A stretch of 44,224 bases of DNA, from IMG/VR virus record IMGVR_UViG_3300020336_000013, positions 1 to 44,224 of that record; one strand, written 5' to 3'. The notes beneath the pieces were generated by a model that was not told where the DNA came from, made no database searches, and saw nothing but the letters and a program-made list of their open reading frames with translations. A program made the translations under genes and the position numbers. Positions 19,028 through 28,525 of the stretch are shown piece by piece (positions within the stretch are counted from its first letter, which is position 1; each line of letters opens with the position of its first letter). Source of the DNA: a virus. Its lineage: Duplodnaviria; Caudoviricetes.

Positions 19028-21318
19028 TGAGTAATATGGGTTTACCTGATCCGACTGGTCTTAATGAAGCAATGGCTCCAAGAATAGAAGGCGTTCGTGA
19101 TGAAGCGCGTGATGTTATAGGTAGAGGTGCTGATGCAATGTATGACACAATTATGGGACCAGAAGGAGATCATTACCGAACAGGTGTTGAAAACATTGGA
19201 CGCATATTAATGGATTCAGATTTTTCTTGGCTTGATGAATGGCTTGGAGGAAAAAACGAATCAACAGAAGAAGCAAGAATGGACTCTGCTGATTACTACG
19301 ACTCTGACGGTAGCGATCTAACAGAACAAGGCACTGGTCGTACAACAATAAAAGAAATCCATTTCGATTCTATAAGTAAAGAAACTGCTTTCATAAAGTT
19401 TATTAACTGGCTTACTGGTCATGGCATTTCCCGATTAGAACGTGAAGGCGCACCACTAGGACAATCAATTCTTTTAGGTGGGACACAGTTAATGGGAGAG
19501 GATGGTAATCCTTCTGCTGAATTATTAGATCTGAGCAATATAGAAAATCGCAATAAAGTTTACAATTACATTGCGACTAACTGGACTAAGATTCCTCAAG
19601 TTAAAGACATGTTGCAAGCAGAATTGCAAAAAGCTTTTGATGTTATGGCTTCAGCTAACCCTGACGAGAATTGGGATTGGGAAGACAGGGGATGGGATAA
19701 ACCTTACCTACCTGAAGATCAACTCGGAAGAGAAACAATGGCTGAGATTATTAGAGTGCTAGGGAACTCTGTAAGTAATGAATCAGTAAACATATCAAAC
19801 ATGAATCAAATGTGGGGGCATAACGCTTTTGAGCATTTAATAGCAGAAAACTTTGAGAAAGCAATAATGGCTGCTTCTGAAGATCTTATAGGAAACAACA
19901 GAGCGCTTTTATTAGGACCAGATGTTGCAACTCTTGGCGAAGGAATACTACCTTCTGTCGATGGAGATGATGAATCTTTAGCAAACCAAATAGGTTTCAT
20001 TACTTCTTTTGATGGCACAGCTTTCGGAGATATTGAAAGCGTTAAAGATTTATTTTCAAATGGCAAGATCGGTCCAATGGATGCCCATTTTTTTATGGAC
20101 AAACTATATAACGAAACAAGAGATGGAAGAGGGTATTCTTCGCTTGTTGCACAAATACAACAAGAGTTATACGCATGGGGTTACATGGGCGCTCCTGCCG
20201 AATGGGGCAAGTTAGAAATTCCGGGTCTTGTACGTGGAGAAGCAGGAGCTACTGCCGATCCAACTACTGACGCTCTTCAAATGTTGCAGGTAGATTTTCT
20301 CCAAGAAGGATTAAATACGCCCAAGGCAGAACTTTCACCTGATGGTTCCGCATACTTAGACACTGTTATAAACAGAAGTGTTGCTCGTAAATTAGAAACT
20401 CTTCCGGGCAGGGGTGGGCAAGAAACAGGGTACTTGAATGCTATAGAAAGTGTGATCGGTGGGTTAGATAGTCTCGCTAGTAGAAGTGGTAGAACTTTTT
20501 CTGAGGAAGGTAAAGCTAATGTACGTGAGAAACTTAAAGCCCAGATAAAAGAAATGAGAGATTCTCCTTTGGGTGAGGATCAAGAAATGTTTGAGGAAGC
20601 TTTTGGTGGAGGTGGTTTACCTGCACAGCAGGCGGTTGCTGATATTGCTATGAGATTATTTTACCAAGATGAAAACTGGGATGAGAATGTTTTTATAGGA
20701 GCTAACGATTCTGATTTTGATTACTATCGTTACGCTAAACAATCAGGTGCTTTAAGCGAAGAAGAAATAGAAGCAATAGAAAACTCGCCAGCGTTGGGTT
20801 CAGGTACAGCTACAAAACCTTTTTATCAGGCAGGTTTAAATCCGGGTCAGTTCCAAAGGGTTCCAGATATTCAGACACAGGATCGTGGAGAAATTTACAA
20901 CATGGATGTTGTTTATGACGATTACGTAGACCCTAGAGCCGTTACTAGAAAAGCCGCTAGAGATGTTATTGTTAGTTTCTTTTTAGATCTTATACAGCAA
21001 CAAGGAGAAGAGGCCGCTATTGGTGAAAGCGGTTCGTTAGCTAATGCATTAAATACTTTTGGTCATACTTTAGGAGCAAGAGTTGGAACAGACTATTCAT
21101 ACACGATGCGTGATTACGAACGCATGGCACGAGAAATACGGGAAGAGTTAGTGTTAGAACCTAGCGCTGAACAGCCTGAATTGTTTAGAACTTTAGAGGA
21201 ACGTATAGCTAAAGCTAATCAGTTGACTGGTGTGAACCCACAACCGTTCTCTCAGATAGCTAATGTTATAGCTAGAAGACGTAACTTGACTAACATGCCG
21301 ACAGGAAGAAACCAATGA
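19027..21318 (+). CDS. Putative internal virion protein (763 aa) with possible peptidoglycan-binding-like segment
   Basis: Coupled acidic ORF; VAQIQQELYAWGY..G..DPTTDALQMLQ resembles a PG_binding_1 helix pattern with an insertion. Confidence 0.5.
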   Translation: MSNMGLPDPTGLNEAMAPRIEGVRDEARDVIGRGADAMYDTIMGPEGDHYRTGVENIGRILMDSDFSWLDEWLGGKNESTEEARMDSADYYDSDGSDLTEQGTGRTTIKEIHFDSISKETAFIKFINWLTGHGISRLEREGAPLGQSILLGGTQLMGEDGNPSAELLDLSNIENRNKVYNYIATNWTKIPQVKDMLQAELQKAFDVMASANPDENWDWEDRGWDKPYLPEDQLGRETMAEIIRVLGNSVSNESVNISNMNQMWGHNAFEHLIAENFEKAIMAASEDLIGNNRALLLGPDVATLGEGILPSVDGDDESLANQIGFITSFDGTAFGDIESVKDLFSNGKIGPMDAHFFMDKLYNETRDGRGYSSLVAQIQQELYAWGYMGAPAEWGKLEIPGLVRGEAGATADPTTDALQMLQVDFLQEGLNTPKAELSPDGSAYLDTVINRSVARKLETLPGRGGQETGYLNAIESVIGGLDSLASRSGRTFSEEGKANVREKLKAQIKEMRDSPLGEDQEMFEEAFGGGGLPAQQAVADIAMRLFYQDENWDENVFIGANDSDFDYYRYAKQSGALSEEEIEAIENSPALGSGTATKPFYQAGLNPGQFQRVPDIQTQDRGEIYNMDVVYDDYVDPRAVTRKAARDVIVSFFLDLIQQQGEEAAIGESGSLANALNTFGHTLGARVGTDYSYTMRDYERMAREIREELVLEPSAEQPELFRTLEERIAKANQLTGVNPQPFSQIANVIARRRNLTNMPTGRNQ

Positions 21319-23909
21319 CAGTTAAACCATCTGATTGGAAAGTAGCTTCAGCTTATTTAGAACTTTTACGTGCTGTGCATGTTGGTGTATCGGAGATGGG
21401 TGTGCCTATGGCGCATCAAAGAAAGATAGGAAGAAGTACTTCTACTACAGATCCGGGTAGTTTTCCTGAAGGCATTAATGCAAAATTATCTAAAAGCGAA
21501 TTAAATTTTCCTGTTGAGTCTGAACTTTTTGTAAAGCAAGCTGATGTAATTTTAAACGATTTAGGTTTAACATATGACGGATTGACTAATGTATTAACAA
21601 CTTTAGGTGCTAGTTCGCGTGACATTATGTATGCGTGGGATGTCGATGGTCATAATTTTTATCATAAAAATCCTTTTGAGGAAACAAAAATATTTGAATC
21701 AGGATATATGAGTCAAGCACATCGTCCCAGTTCGGGTGCTGTGGGGCGAATGGGATCATTTCGTGGGCCTAACACTGAAGAAGTTATAGCTTCTGGTGGT
21801 GATCCTAGATATCCGGGAGTGAAGTTAAGACCAGACAGTAGAACTGTTGGTGTAATGGATCAAAATGTTTTAAATCAATTAGATGATAGTCAAGTTGTTA
21901 GACCGCACGATGGTGAGTTTGCTCATTTGTTACCGATACTTCCTAATAGCGCTATTGAATGGGGACTTGAATTGGGTATAGGTGCGATGCTTGGTCCTGC
22001 TGGACGGCAGGCTATGGGTAAAGCAGTTACATCTTTTTCACGTTGGCTTAATCCTGCAAACAGATTGAAAAGAAATCAATTAACACTTTTACCAGATGGC
22101 ACTGTATCAAGATCAACTCCAAGAGTAGCTGGTCCAGATCAAGGTCCAAATTCAATAGGAACTATTAGACGTGACATGCCTGTTGATCCGGGTATAACAG
22201 AGTTTAAAAGATTGATAGATGAAGGAAAAACATTTACTGATCCTATTCCTCTTAATAGAAAACTTAATAGAGAACAATGGGATAACGAGTTAATGGAACT
22301 CGAACATCAAATAAATGAATACGAAAATTATATTGCAGGCAAAAGTGCGGCGCATGGGGGAATGGCTCCTAAACAAATCCGAGAAGTTTTAGATGAGTTA
22401 TCTGAATCTGATTTACTTGATGATGCTTTTTATAACCAAAACGCAGAAAGAGTGCAGTCTCTTTGGGATCGTTCTGCTTCAATGATTGATGATGATCCTT
22501 GGCGTGATCCTAATACTTTAGCTGATGCTTTAAGTTTGTTTAAACAAGAATACAAAGGTAATCCTATTAAGGGTGGGATGGGTTACGAATTCCCTGACAA
22601 GATTAGTAAAGAAGATTTGTTGCCTTTTATGCAACAAGCTATAGCTAATCGTGAAAGAAGAGCGCTTACTGAAAGTCCTGAGTGGGGCATAGAACAAATG
22701 GAAAAGATGTTAGAAAAAGATAGCCCTGATGCTGGCATACAAAAACTTTTAGATGATATAAATTCACCACCACCAGACGAATGGGATGGGGGCATTACTG
22801 ATTTTGTTAAAAGGGTAGGCAACGAAATGGGTATCCCTCGTTATGATGGTTGGGATTCTTTTATGGCTAAGGCTGTTGATGCGGATTATCAAAAAATAAA
22901 AGACTTAGGATTTGATGAAGATTGGTTACGTATTAATGTTCATAACGACGATCAGTTAGAGCAATTTTTTGAGCTAATAGATATGGATGTGAATGTTCAA
23001 GATGTAGATCAAATGATAATAAATTATTCTGCAAAGCAATCTGAAGATCCATACTTTGGAGATGGTTTAACTGATGAGGAAATAATTGATGGTTTAGATT
23101 TATCTAGACAACCATTTAATCAAGATGATGAAATTCTTCCTGATAGTAGTGGTGTTTCTATAATGAGTCCCGGTGGGACACCAGAAGAAAAAGAAGCATT
23201 AGCAAAATTTTTACGTGGAAGAAAATACCATGAAGACCCAACAATAAAACCAACAGCGGCACCAGACTTGCCTCTTGGTGGTCCGGGTAAAGGTAATGTA
23301 TTCGATCAAGATAGTGTTTATGGTCAAGAAAACAGTAGAAAATTATATGGTTGGCTATTAGCTGGTGCTGGTGGCGCGACAGTAACAACATGGTTAGCAA
23401 CAAACCCAGATCACGCAAGTAAACTTATTGATTTTGCTAGTAAATTAGGAAATGTAATAGGTAAAGGTGCGCGAGGTACTGGGCATCAAAGTATTGATTC
23501 TTTAAATCCGGGTATTGCTAATCAAATTTTTGGTATGAACTCTGCTTTAGCTGGCTCAACAATTATTGCTGGCGCAGAAGATCCTTCTATGTTTGATGGT
23601 ATAAGTGGTGAGCTTCGTCAGATAGGAGAGAACCCTGAAAAGATTTTACCTACAGATGTTCAAATGGATTTACGAAATGGTGACGCTGTGTTTGTTGGTT
23701 ACGAAAGTATAAAAGATCAAGAAGAAGCTATTAGTTTAGCTCCAAGATTTGGGGTAGAAGTATCTGCTGATCTTCCTCATATATGGAGAAAACCTAATCG
23801 TAAAACTATTATCCCTCCTGCCGATCAGGGATGGGATTCTGATCGTTTAAAAAAGTTTGCTATGCAACAGCAGTTTTATCCTGATGCTGGTTTGAGAAGG
23901 AGAACCTGA
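21315..23909 (+). CDS. Putative internal virion protein (864 aa)
   Basis: Coupled acidic ORF in the virion block; two Gly/Ala-rich hydrophobic segments; no motif recognised. Confidence 0.45.
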   Translation: MTVKPSDWKVASAYLELLRAVHVGVSEMGVPMAHQRKIGRSTSTTDPGSFPEGINAKLSKSELNFPVESELFVKQADVILNDLGLTYDGLTNVLTTLGASSRDIMYAWDVDGHNFYHKNPFEETKIFESGYMSQAHRPSSGAVGRMGSFRGPNTEEVIASGGDPRYPGVKLRPDSRTVGVMDQNVLNQLDDSQVVRPHDGEFAHLLPILPNSAIEWGLELGIGAMLGPAGRQAMGKAVTSFSRWLNPANRLKRNQLTLLPDGTVSRSTPRVAGPDQGPNSIGTIRRDMPVDPGITEFKRLIDEGKTFTDPIPLNRKLNREQWDNELMELEHQINEYENYIAGKSAAHGGMAPKQIREVLDELSESDLLDDAFYNQNAERVQSLWDRSASMIDDDPWRDPNTLADALSLFKQEYKGNPIKGGMGYEFPDKISKEDLLPFMQQAIANRERRALTESPEWGIEQMEKMLEKDSPDAGIQKLLDDINSPPPDEWDGGITDFVKRVGNEMGIPRYDGWDSFMAKAVDADYQKIKDLGFDEDWLRINVHNDDQLEQFFELIDMDVNVQDVDQMIINYSAKQSEDPYFGDGLTDEEIIDGLDLSRQPFNQDDEILPDSSGVSIMSPGGTPEEKEALAKFLRGRKYHEDPTIKPTAAPDLPLGGPGKGNVFDQDSVYGQENSRKLYGWLLAGAGGATVTTWLATNPDHASKLIDFASKLGNVIGKGARGTGHQSIDSLNPGIANQIFGMNSALAGSTIIAGAEDPSMFDGISGELRQIGENPEKILPTDVQMDLRNGDAVFVGYESIKDQEEAISLAPRFGVEVSADLPHIWRKPNRKTIIPPADQGWDSDRLKKFAMQQQFYPDAGLRRRT

Positions 23910-25606
23910 TGGCAGATACAACACCATTATTTAATCCGTCTGGTCCACCAGACACTTCACCTGAATATCCGCAAGGAGTTATGTTAAATGCTGAAGGGTT
24001 AAAAAATTTCATTCAAGAACTTGCAAATATGTACCCAACAGGAGCTACTCCTGAAGCTATTGATATTATTGGTGAACATATTTACACAGTATTAAATAAC
24101 GAATTTCGTGCAGGCGGGTATGGAACTCGTGAAGATATACAAACTATGTTAATTAGTCAACTTGGTGATGGTGGTGAGTATGACATAGAACAACTCACAG
24201 ATTTCTTTATGATGGCTAACAATATTTGGCAGTTTGCTGATTACGCTGGTACTGGTGAGTACACTTTTCAAGATTTTGTAGTAGCTGAATTAGATTCTTA
24301 TGATGCTACTGGTTCTGTTGCTGAGTTTTCAGAATCTTTTAGTGCATTTACAGGAGAAACTTTACCTCCAGTAAACGTAGAAGAACCATTTGATCCGCAA
24401 GGTGAGCCTGTACAAGAAGGAGATCTTCCTCTTGCACCTCCTATTCCTCTTAGTCAAATCCCTTACATTCCGGGCGCTGACGGTAAATTAGGTGATTGGA
24501 ATTGGTTAGATTTATGGGGCGACACTAATCCTTTGGTTGAAGATTTCTTTGATTTTTGGGTAGATAAATTTAATGAAGTGCCTTCTGACCAAGGCCAAGA
24601 TATGGGTTATCAAGTTGAGACTTTACAACATGATTTTTTCTATGATGATACTCACGGTTTATATGCACAAGACTGGTGGATGGATCAACAACAATCAGTT
24701 TCAGATCACATGGAGTTTTTCTACAATTACGGCGGTGAAGGTGACATCCAAAGTGTTATGAATACTACAATGGGTGGAGATGCTTGGCGTCCTTGGACTG
24801 GCATTGTTGGCATTGCAGATCGACCTGAAACTAATGCATACAATTCAGCTATTTTAGAATTTACAGAGTGGGCTAAAGAAGCTATAAGAGAAGCAGGCGG
24901 CAAAGAAGCTTTATCTATTATAAATAACTTTGAACTTGCCGGTTACGCATATCTTATTATGTCTAATGGTGGTGCAACCTTTAAATTAGGTAGAGACAGA
25001 GAAGGTTTCAGACCAGACGAGTTTAAAGAAAAAGCTAAACAACTTGTTGAAAAACAATTTCTTGCTAACTGGACTGATGATGACGGTAATCTTATATCAA
25101 AAATGTCTGGCACAATGTCTTTTGGTGTTGGGAGTATACGTTCTCTTATGAACGACTGGCGCGCTTTAGGCAAACGAAATTTTCAAGACTTCTCTGATAG
25201 TCAACTACGCAAATGGGCTGTTGATGTTAAGTCTGAAAAAATGACTAAAGAAATGGTGGATGCTGAGATAACTAAACGTGCATTCCATCGTATTGAATGG
25301 CCGTTTACTCCAGAAGAAAGACAAGATTACATAGCTACAGGCACTACGTTAGATGAAGTTTTAAATGGACAGTATCTTTCTGTTAAAAATTTATGGCAAG
25401 ACGCAAGTCTTTTACCTGATGACCCTTGGTTGCTTGCTAACTATTCGTTCACAGATGAGAATGGAAACCGCCGGTTTAGAAGCTCACAAGAATTAATGAC
25501 TCATGCTCGTAGCAACATGGATAAGTTTCAGTACTCTACCGAATCTCAAGATTTTCACAATGACTTTATTACAGGAGCGGCACGTATGTTTAGGAGTGGT
25601 TACTAA
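23909..25606 (+). CDS. Putative internal virion protein (565 aa)
   Basis: Coupled acidic ORF; C-terminal R..MDKFQYS..MF.SG pattern resembles actinophage virion-block proteins. Confidence 0.5.
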   Translation: MADTTPLFNPSGPPDTSPEYPQGVMLNAEGLKNFIQELANMYPTGATPEAIDIIGEHIYTVLNNEFRAGGYGTREDIQTMLISQLGDGGEYDIEQLTDFFMMANNIWQFADYAGTGEYTFQDFVVAELDSYDATGSVAEFSESFSAFTGETLPPVNVEEPFDPQGEPVQEGDLPLAPPIPLSQIPYIPGADGKLGDWNWLDLWGDTNPLVEDFFDFWVDKFNEVPSDQGQDMGYQVETLQHDFFYDDTHGLYAQDWWMDQQQSVSDHMEFFYNYGGEGDIQSVMNTTMGGDAWRPWTGIVGIADRPETNAYNSAILEFTEWAKEAIREAGGKEALSIINNFELAGYAYLIMSNGGATFKLGRDREGFRPDEFKEKAKQLVEKQFLANWTDDDGNLISKMSGTMSFGVGSIRSLMNDWRALGKRNFQDFSDSQLRKWAVDVKSEKMTKEMVDAEITKRAFHRIEWPFTPEERQDYIATGTTLDEVLNGQYLSVKNLWQDASLLPDDPWLLANYSFTDENGNRRFRSSQELMTHARSNMDKFQYSTESQDFHNDFITGAARMFRSGY

Positions 25607-26991
25607 TGGCAGACAATCTTTTTGATTTAGCTAGAGGAGTTCCGGGTTTAAATGTAGATGATATGGATCCGTTAAATATTTTAGCTCAAACTATTGAAAG
25701 GTTAGGGGCAGTAGGGCAAGGCAATTTAACATCTGCTGTTACTCAAGAAGATATTGCACGATGGGCTGGAGAAATAGCTGGCACAGTTGAAGGTGGTCGT
25801 GGTTCAGGTTGGGAAGCTGCTGAAAATATTCGTAGTGATATTTTAAAATGGCGTGTTGGTCAAGAGCAGTTAGAAGAAACATTTGGTATGACTTCTGCTC
25901 AAGCACAAGCAGCTATGGAAGTAGGCGGCGACATTGCTGGAACAGTGGTTCAGTCAGGTGGTGTACATCCGGGTAGTATTAATCCTTATGCTCCTACAGT
26001 AATTAATCGTATAGAAAATGCTGATGGTACAACAACATTTGTTTACAGTGACGGCACTACCGAAACTATTGGTAGCCCAATGGCTGAATCTGGTCAAAGC
26101 GTTATTAACAGAATGCAAGATGCATTTATGCTTGCTTTACGTAACGCAGGAATGAGCACAGAAAACATTTCTGCACTTTGGACATGGGCACATAATGAAT
26201 TTAAAGCAGATCCTTCTTTTACTGCTGAACGTGCATTATTAGAAATGTATGAACAACCAGCTTTTAAAGAAAGATTCCCTGCTATTACTAACATGAGAGA
26301 ACGTGAAGAAAAAAATATTCCAACTCCGGGTGAGTACATTGCTTTTGAAAAAGATGTGAATACTTCTTTACAACAGTTTGGTGTATCATACACTCCTGCT
26401 GAACAATCTAATTTAATAACAACACTTATTGAAAATGGTGTAGGTATGCCTGAAGTTAATGAAAGACTAACTGAAGCAGAACGTATTACTTACTCTGTAC
26501 CTAGAGAAGTTCAAGAAACATTAATGCAATGGTACGGACCTACGTGGGCTAAATCTATTGAGATGAAAATGTTTTTAGATCCTAATCAAGATTGGGCATC
26601 AGTTCAGGATGATATAGAAACTGCTGAAATAGGCGGTTGGGGTAAAATGGTAGCTGGTTTAGATCAAGGTTGGAACGCAGAAATGGCTAATCAAATAGCT
26701 GATCTTGGTTTGTCTCAGGCTCAAGTATGGAACTCTTTTGCTAATCTTAAACAAGAAGAAGCTTTGTTTGCTGAACAAGTAGGTGAAGATATTAATTTGC
26801 AGTATGAAACACAGGGTGTTAGCTCACAATTTGGTATTGATATAGCTGGTGAAACGGACGCTTTAGAATTAAAAGACATGTTAGAACGTAGAAAGCAACG
26901 AAGAATATCTAGATTCGCTGGTGGAGGTACTGGTCAAGCTGGTGCTATTATTAGTGGAACAACTACAGGAATAGGAGCAACTAATGCCTAA
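25606..26991 (+). CDS. Putative internal virion protein (461 aa)
   Basis: FKERFP..R..TPGEYIAFE..EVNERL and C-terminal R..RFAGG pattern resemble actinophage podoviral core proteins. Confidence 0.55.
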   Translation: MADNLFDLARGVPGLNVDDMDPLNILAQTIERLGAVGQGNLTSAVTQEDIARWAGEIAGTVEGGRGSGWEAAENIRSDILKWRVGQEQLEETFGMTSAQAQAAMEVGGDIAGTVVQSGGVHPGSINPYAPTVINRIENADGTTTFVYSDGTTETIGSPMAESGQSVINRMQDAFMLALRNAGMSTENISALWTWAHNEFKADPSFTAERALLEMYEQPAFKERFPAITNMREREEKNIPTPGEYIAFEKDVNTSLQQFGVSYTPAEQSNLITTLIENGVGMPEVNERLTEAERITYSVPREVQETLMQWYGPTWAKSIEMKMFLDPNQDWASVQDDIETAEIGGWGKMVAGLDQGWNAEMANQIADLGLSQAQVWNSFANLKQEEALFAEQVGEDINLQYETQGVSSQFGIDIAGETDALELKDMLERRKQRRISRFAGGGTGQAGAIISGTTTGIGATNA

Positions 26992-27067
26992 ATATGCAAC
27001 TAGCTCTTCCAAAGGGAAGGCTAAGAAAGTACCTTATAAGAAGGTAAAGAAAGGTAAACGTAAATAA
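26984..27067 (+). CDS. 27-aa lysine-rich microprotein (MPKYATSSSKGKAKKVPYKKVKKGKRK)
   Basis: AGGAG SD upstream; TAA overlaps the holin ATG (TAATG); fills the gap exactly. Confidence 0.65.
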   Translation: MPKYATSSSKGKAKKVPYKKVKKGKRK

Positions 27068-27255
27068 TGTTTAACAAAGACGTACTAGAGAGAGTGGTTG
27101 CCACATTTGCGCAATCATTCCTTGCTGTGTTCACCATTGGTGACATGGGAAGCATGAAAGCGGCTGGAATTGCAGGCGGTACTGCTGTTCTTAGCCTTGT
27201 TAAGAGCGTTGTTGCCAAGCAGTTTGGTGACGGGTCAGCTTCAGCGGCAAGTTAA
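27067..27255 (+). CDS. Holin, r1t-like family
   Basis: LERVVATFAQSFLAV..AAGIAG..AVLSLVKS matches the ER.vkTfaQ..lS.l.S r1t holin pattern; two hydrophobic segments. Confidence 0.8.
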   Translation: MFNKDVLERVVATFAQSFLAVFTIGDMGSMKAAGIAGGTAVLSLVKSVVAKQFGDGSASAAS

Positions 27256-27413
27256 TGTTAGATCCGGGTCAGAAAAAAAAGGGTGGCTACAAGACAGGTT
27301 TGTCTGGAGCTAATTTAGATGGTTATATACGAGGATTAGTTCTTGAAAAAAATCATCAAAAAAGAAACGCCCGTGGCGCATGGAAAAAATTTAAAGGATC
27401 TAATGCTACATGA
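27255..27413 (+). CDS. 52-aa basic hypothetical protein (MLDPGQKKKGGYKTGLSG...)
   Basis: TAATG coupling at the start and ATGA coupling at the end; fills the gap exactly. Confidence 0.6.
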   Translation: MLDPGQKKKGGYKTGLSGANLDGYIRGLVLEKNHQKRNARGAWKKFKGSNAT

Positions 27414-27913
27414 CTGAAGTTACTGACCTAAAACAAATCAAAGTATCTAAAATAACTCTCGGACTTATCATGTCCGTGGCTATTACCAGTGGAGTCGTAG
27501 TATGGAATGCGGCTAGTATTGCTGGCAGGATAGATGATTTGGAAAAACAGGTGCAAGTAATTGAAGGAAACACTGGAACAGACAGTACAGTTTTGGCGAA
27601 GCTTGATGAAATTTCTGCGGGGGTACTGGAAAATTCTGGTGCCATTGACAATCTTACCGCCGCTCGTCTCGACGACCTTTCTCGTTTTACTCCTTCTCTT
27701 ATTACAGAGGCTATTGCATCAGACTTAAAAGAAGTTAAAGAGCTAGTTAACAAACTTGACACTGGTTGGGTTACTACTGAACTAGATGTCTTGTGGTATG
27801 AGATAGATACTATGATGCTTGCAACGTCTAGTATTTTAGCGCGTATTGATTTAGCTGAAGAAGCAATCAAGAGTAAATCTTGGGGTGAAACGTTCTACAA
27901 TAATAATGAATAA
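27410..27913 (+). CDS. Membrane-anchored coiled-coil protein
   Basis: N-terminal TM segment ITLGLIMSVAITSGVVVW followed by heptad-like helices. Confidence 0.7.
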   Translation: MTEVTDLKQIKVSKITLGLIMSVAITSGVVVWNAASIAGRIDDLEKQVQVIEGNTGTDSTVLAKLDEISAGVLENSGAIDNLTAARLDDLSRFTPSLITEAIASDLKEVKELVNKLDTGWVTTELDVLWYEIDTMMLATSSILARIDLAEEAIKSKSWGETFYNNNE

Positions 27914-28088
27914 AACTGTTAAGTTAATTACAGCAATAACAGGTTTGTTAGTAGCTATAGGCACATTAGTAGGGGCAATCACTGTTACTTTTGGAAGAGG
28001 TGACGATAGCGCTAAGTATTCTTATACTACAATAGTGCTAGATTCACCAGAAAAATATGAGCAGTTTATAAACAATCATCCCGGCTAA
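27906..28088 (+). CDS. Small membrane protein
   Basis: MNKTVKLITAITGLLVAIGTLVGAITV hydrophobic helix; ATG 27906 preferred; coupled to the ferredoxin. Confidence 0.65.
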   Translation: MNKTVKLITAITGLLVAIGTLVGAITVTFGRGDDSAKYSYTTIVLDSPEKYEQFINNHPG

Positions 28089-28333
28089 TGCCAAAAGTTT
28101 GGATCGACCAAGACTTATGTACAGGCGATGGCTTGTGCGAAGAGATAGCACCAGATGTTTTCTTTGGGCATGACGACGGTTTGTTTTATGTAAGAGAAGT
28201 AGGCGCTCCTATACCTAAAGAACCTACTCATCGTATGGGGGAATCAGTTAAAGTCCCTGACCATTTGTTAGAGGTAGTTATTGAAGCAGCAGAAGAATGT
28301 CCGGGAGAATGTATATTCCTTGATGCGGACTGA
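28088..28333 (+). CDS. fdx: Single-cluster ferredoxin (CxxDxxC...CP), auxiliary metabolic gene
   Basis: KVWIDQDLCTGDGLCEEIAPDVF..AAEECPGECI, a Fer4_13/15-type actinobacterial ferredoxin. Confidence 0.93.
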   Translation: MPKVWIDQDLCTGDGLCEEIAPDVFFGHDDGLFYVREVGAPIPKEPTHRMGESVKVPDHLLEVVIEAAEECPGECIFLDAD

Positions 28334-28347
28334 TATTAGGCTATACT
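28320..28347 (+). promoter_or_regulatory. Candidate housekeeping-sigma promoter for the scaffold/capsid operon
   Basis: TTGATG (28320-28325), 16-nt spacer, TATACT (28342-28347). Confidence 0.45.
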
Positions 28348-28352
28348 GATTG

Positions 28353-28393
28353 TAGGCCGTCTGTGAGCTTATTTAGGCCGGACGCGAGCTTAT
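28353..28393 (+). repeat. Imperfect 20-bp tandem repeat with 21-bp period in the scaffold leader
   Basis: TAGGCCGTCTGTGAGCTTAT vs TAGGCCGGACGCGAGCTTAT, 16/20 identical. Confidence 0.8.
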
Positions 28394-28525
28394 CCATTGG
28401 GACTTACCCACGCCCCTAATGAGTATGTAGTGGAGGTTGAACCAGCTAGTGACGACTGGGGAAACTAATTAGTCACACACCGCATAGTTCCTCCGACTAT
28501 GTGCGACAGTGAAGGAGTGATAGAT

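Noticed and set aside
24572-24583. 12-nt match (AATGAAGTGCCT) between the E1 loop complement and a late gene
   Set aside because: A match this short is plausible by chance in 44 kb and lies mid-CDS; not evidence of targeting
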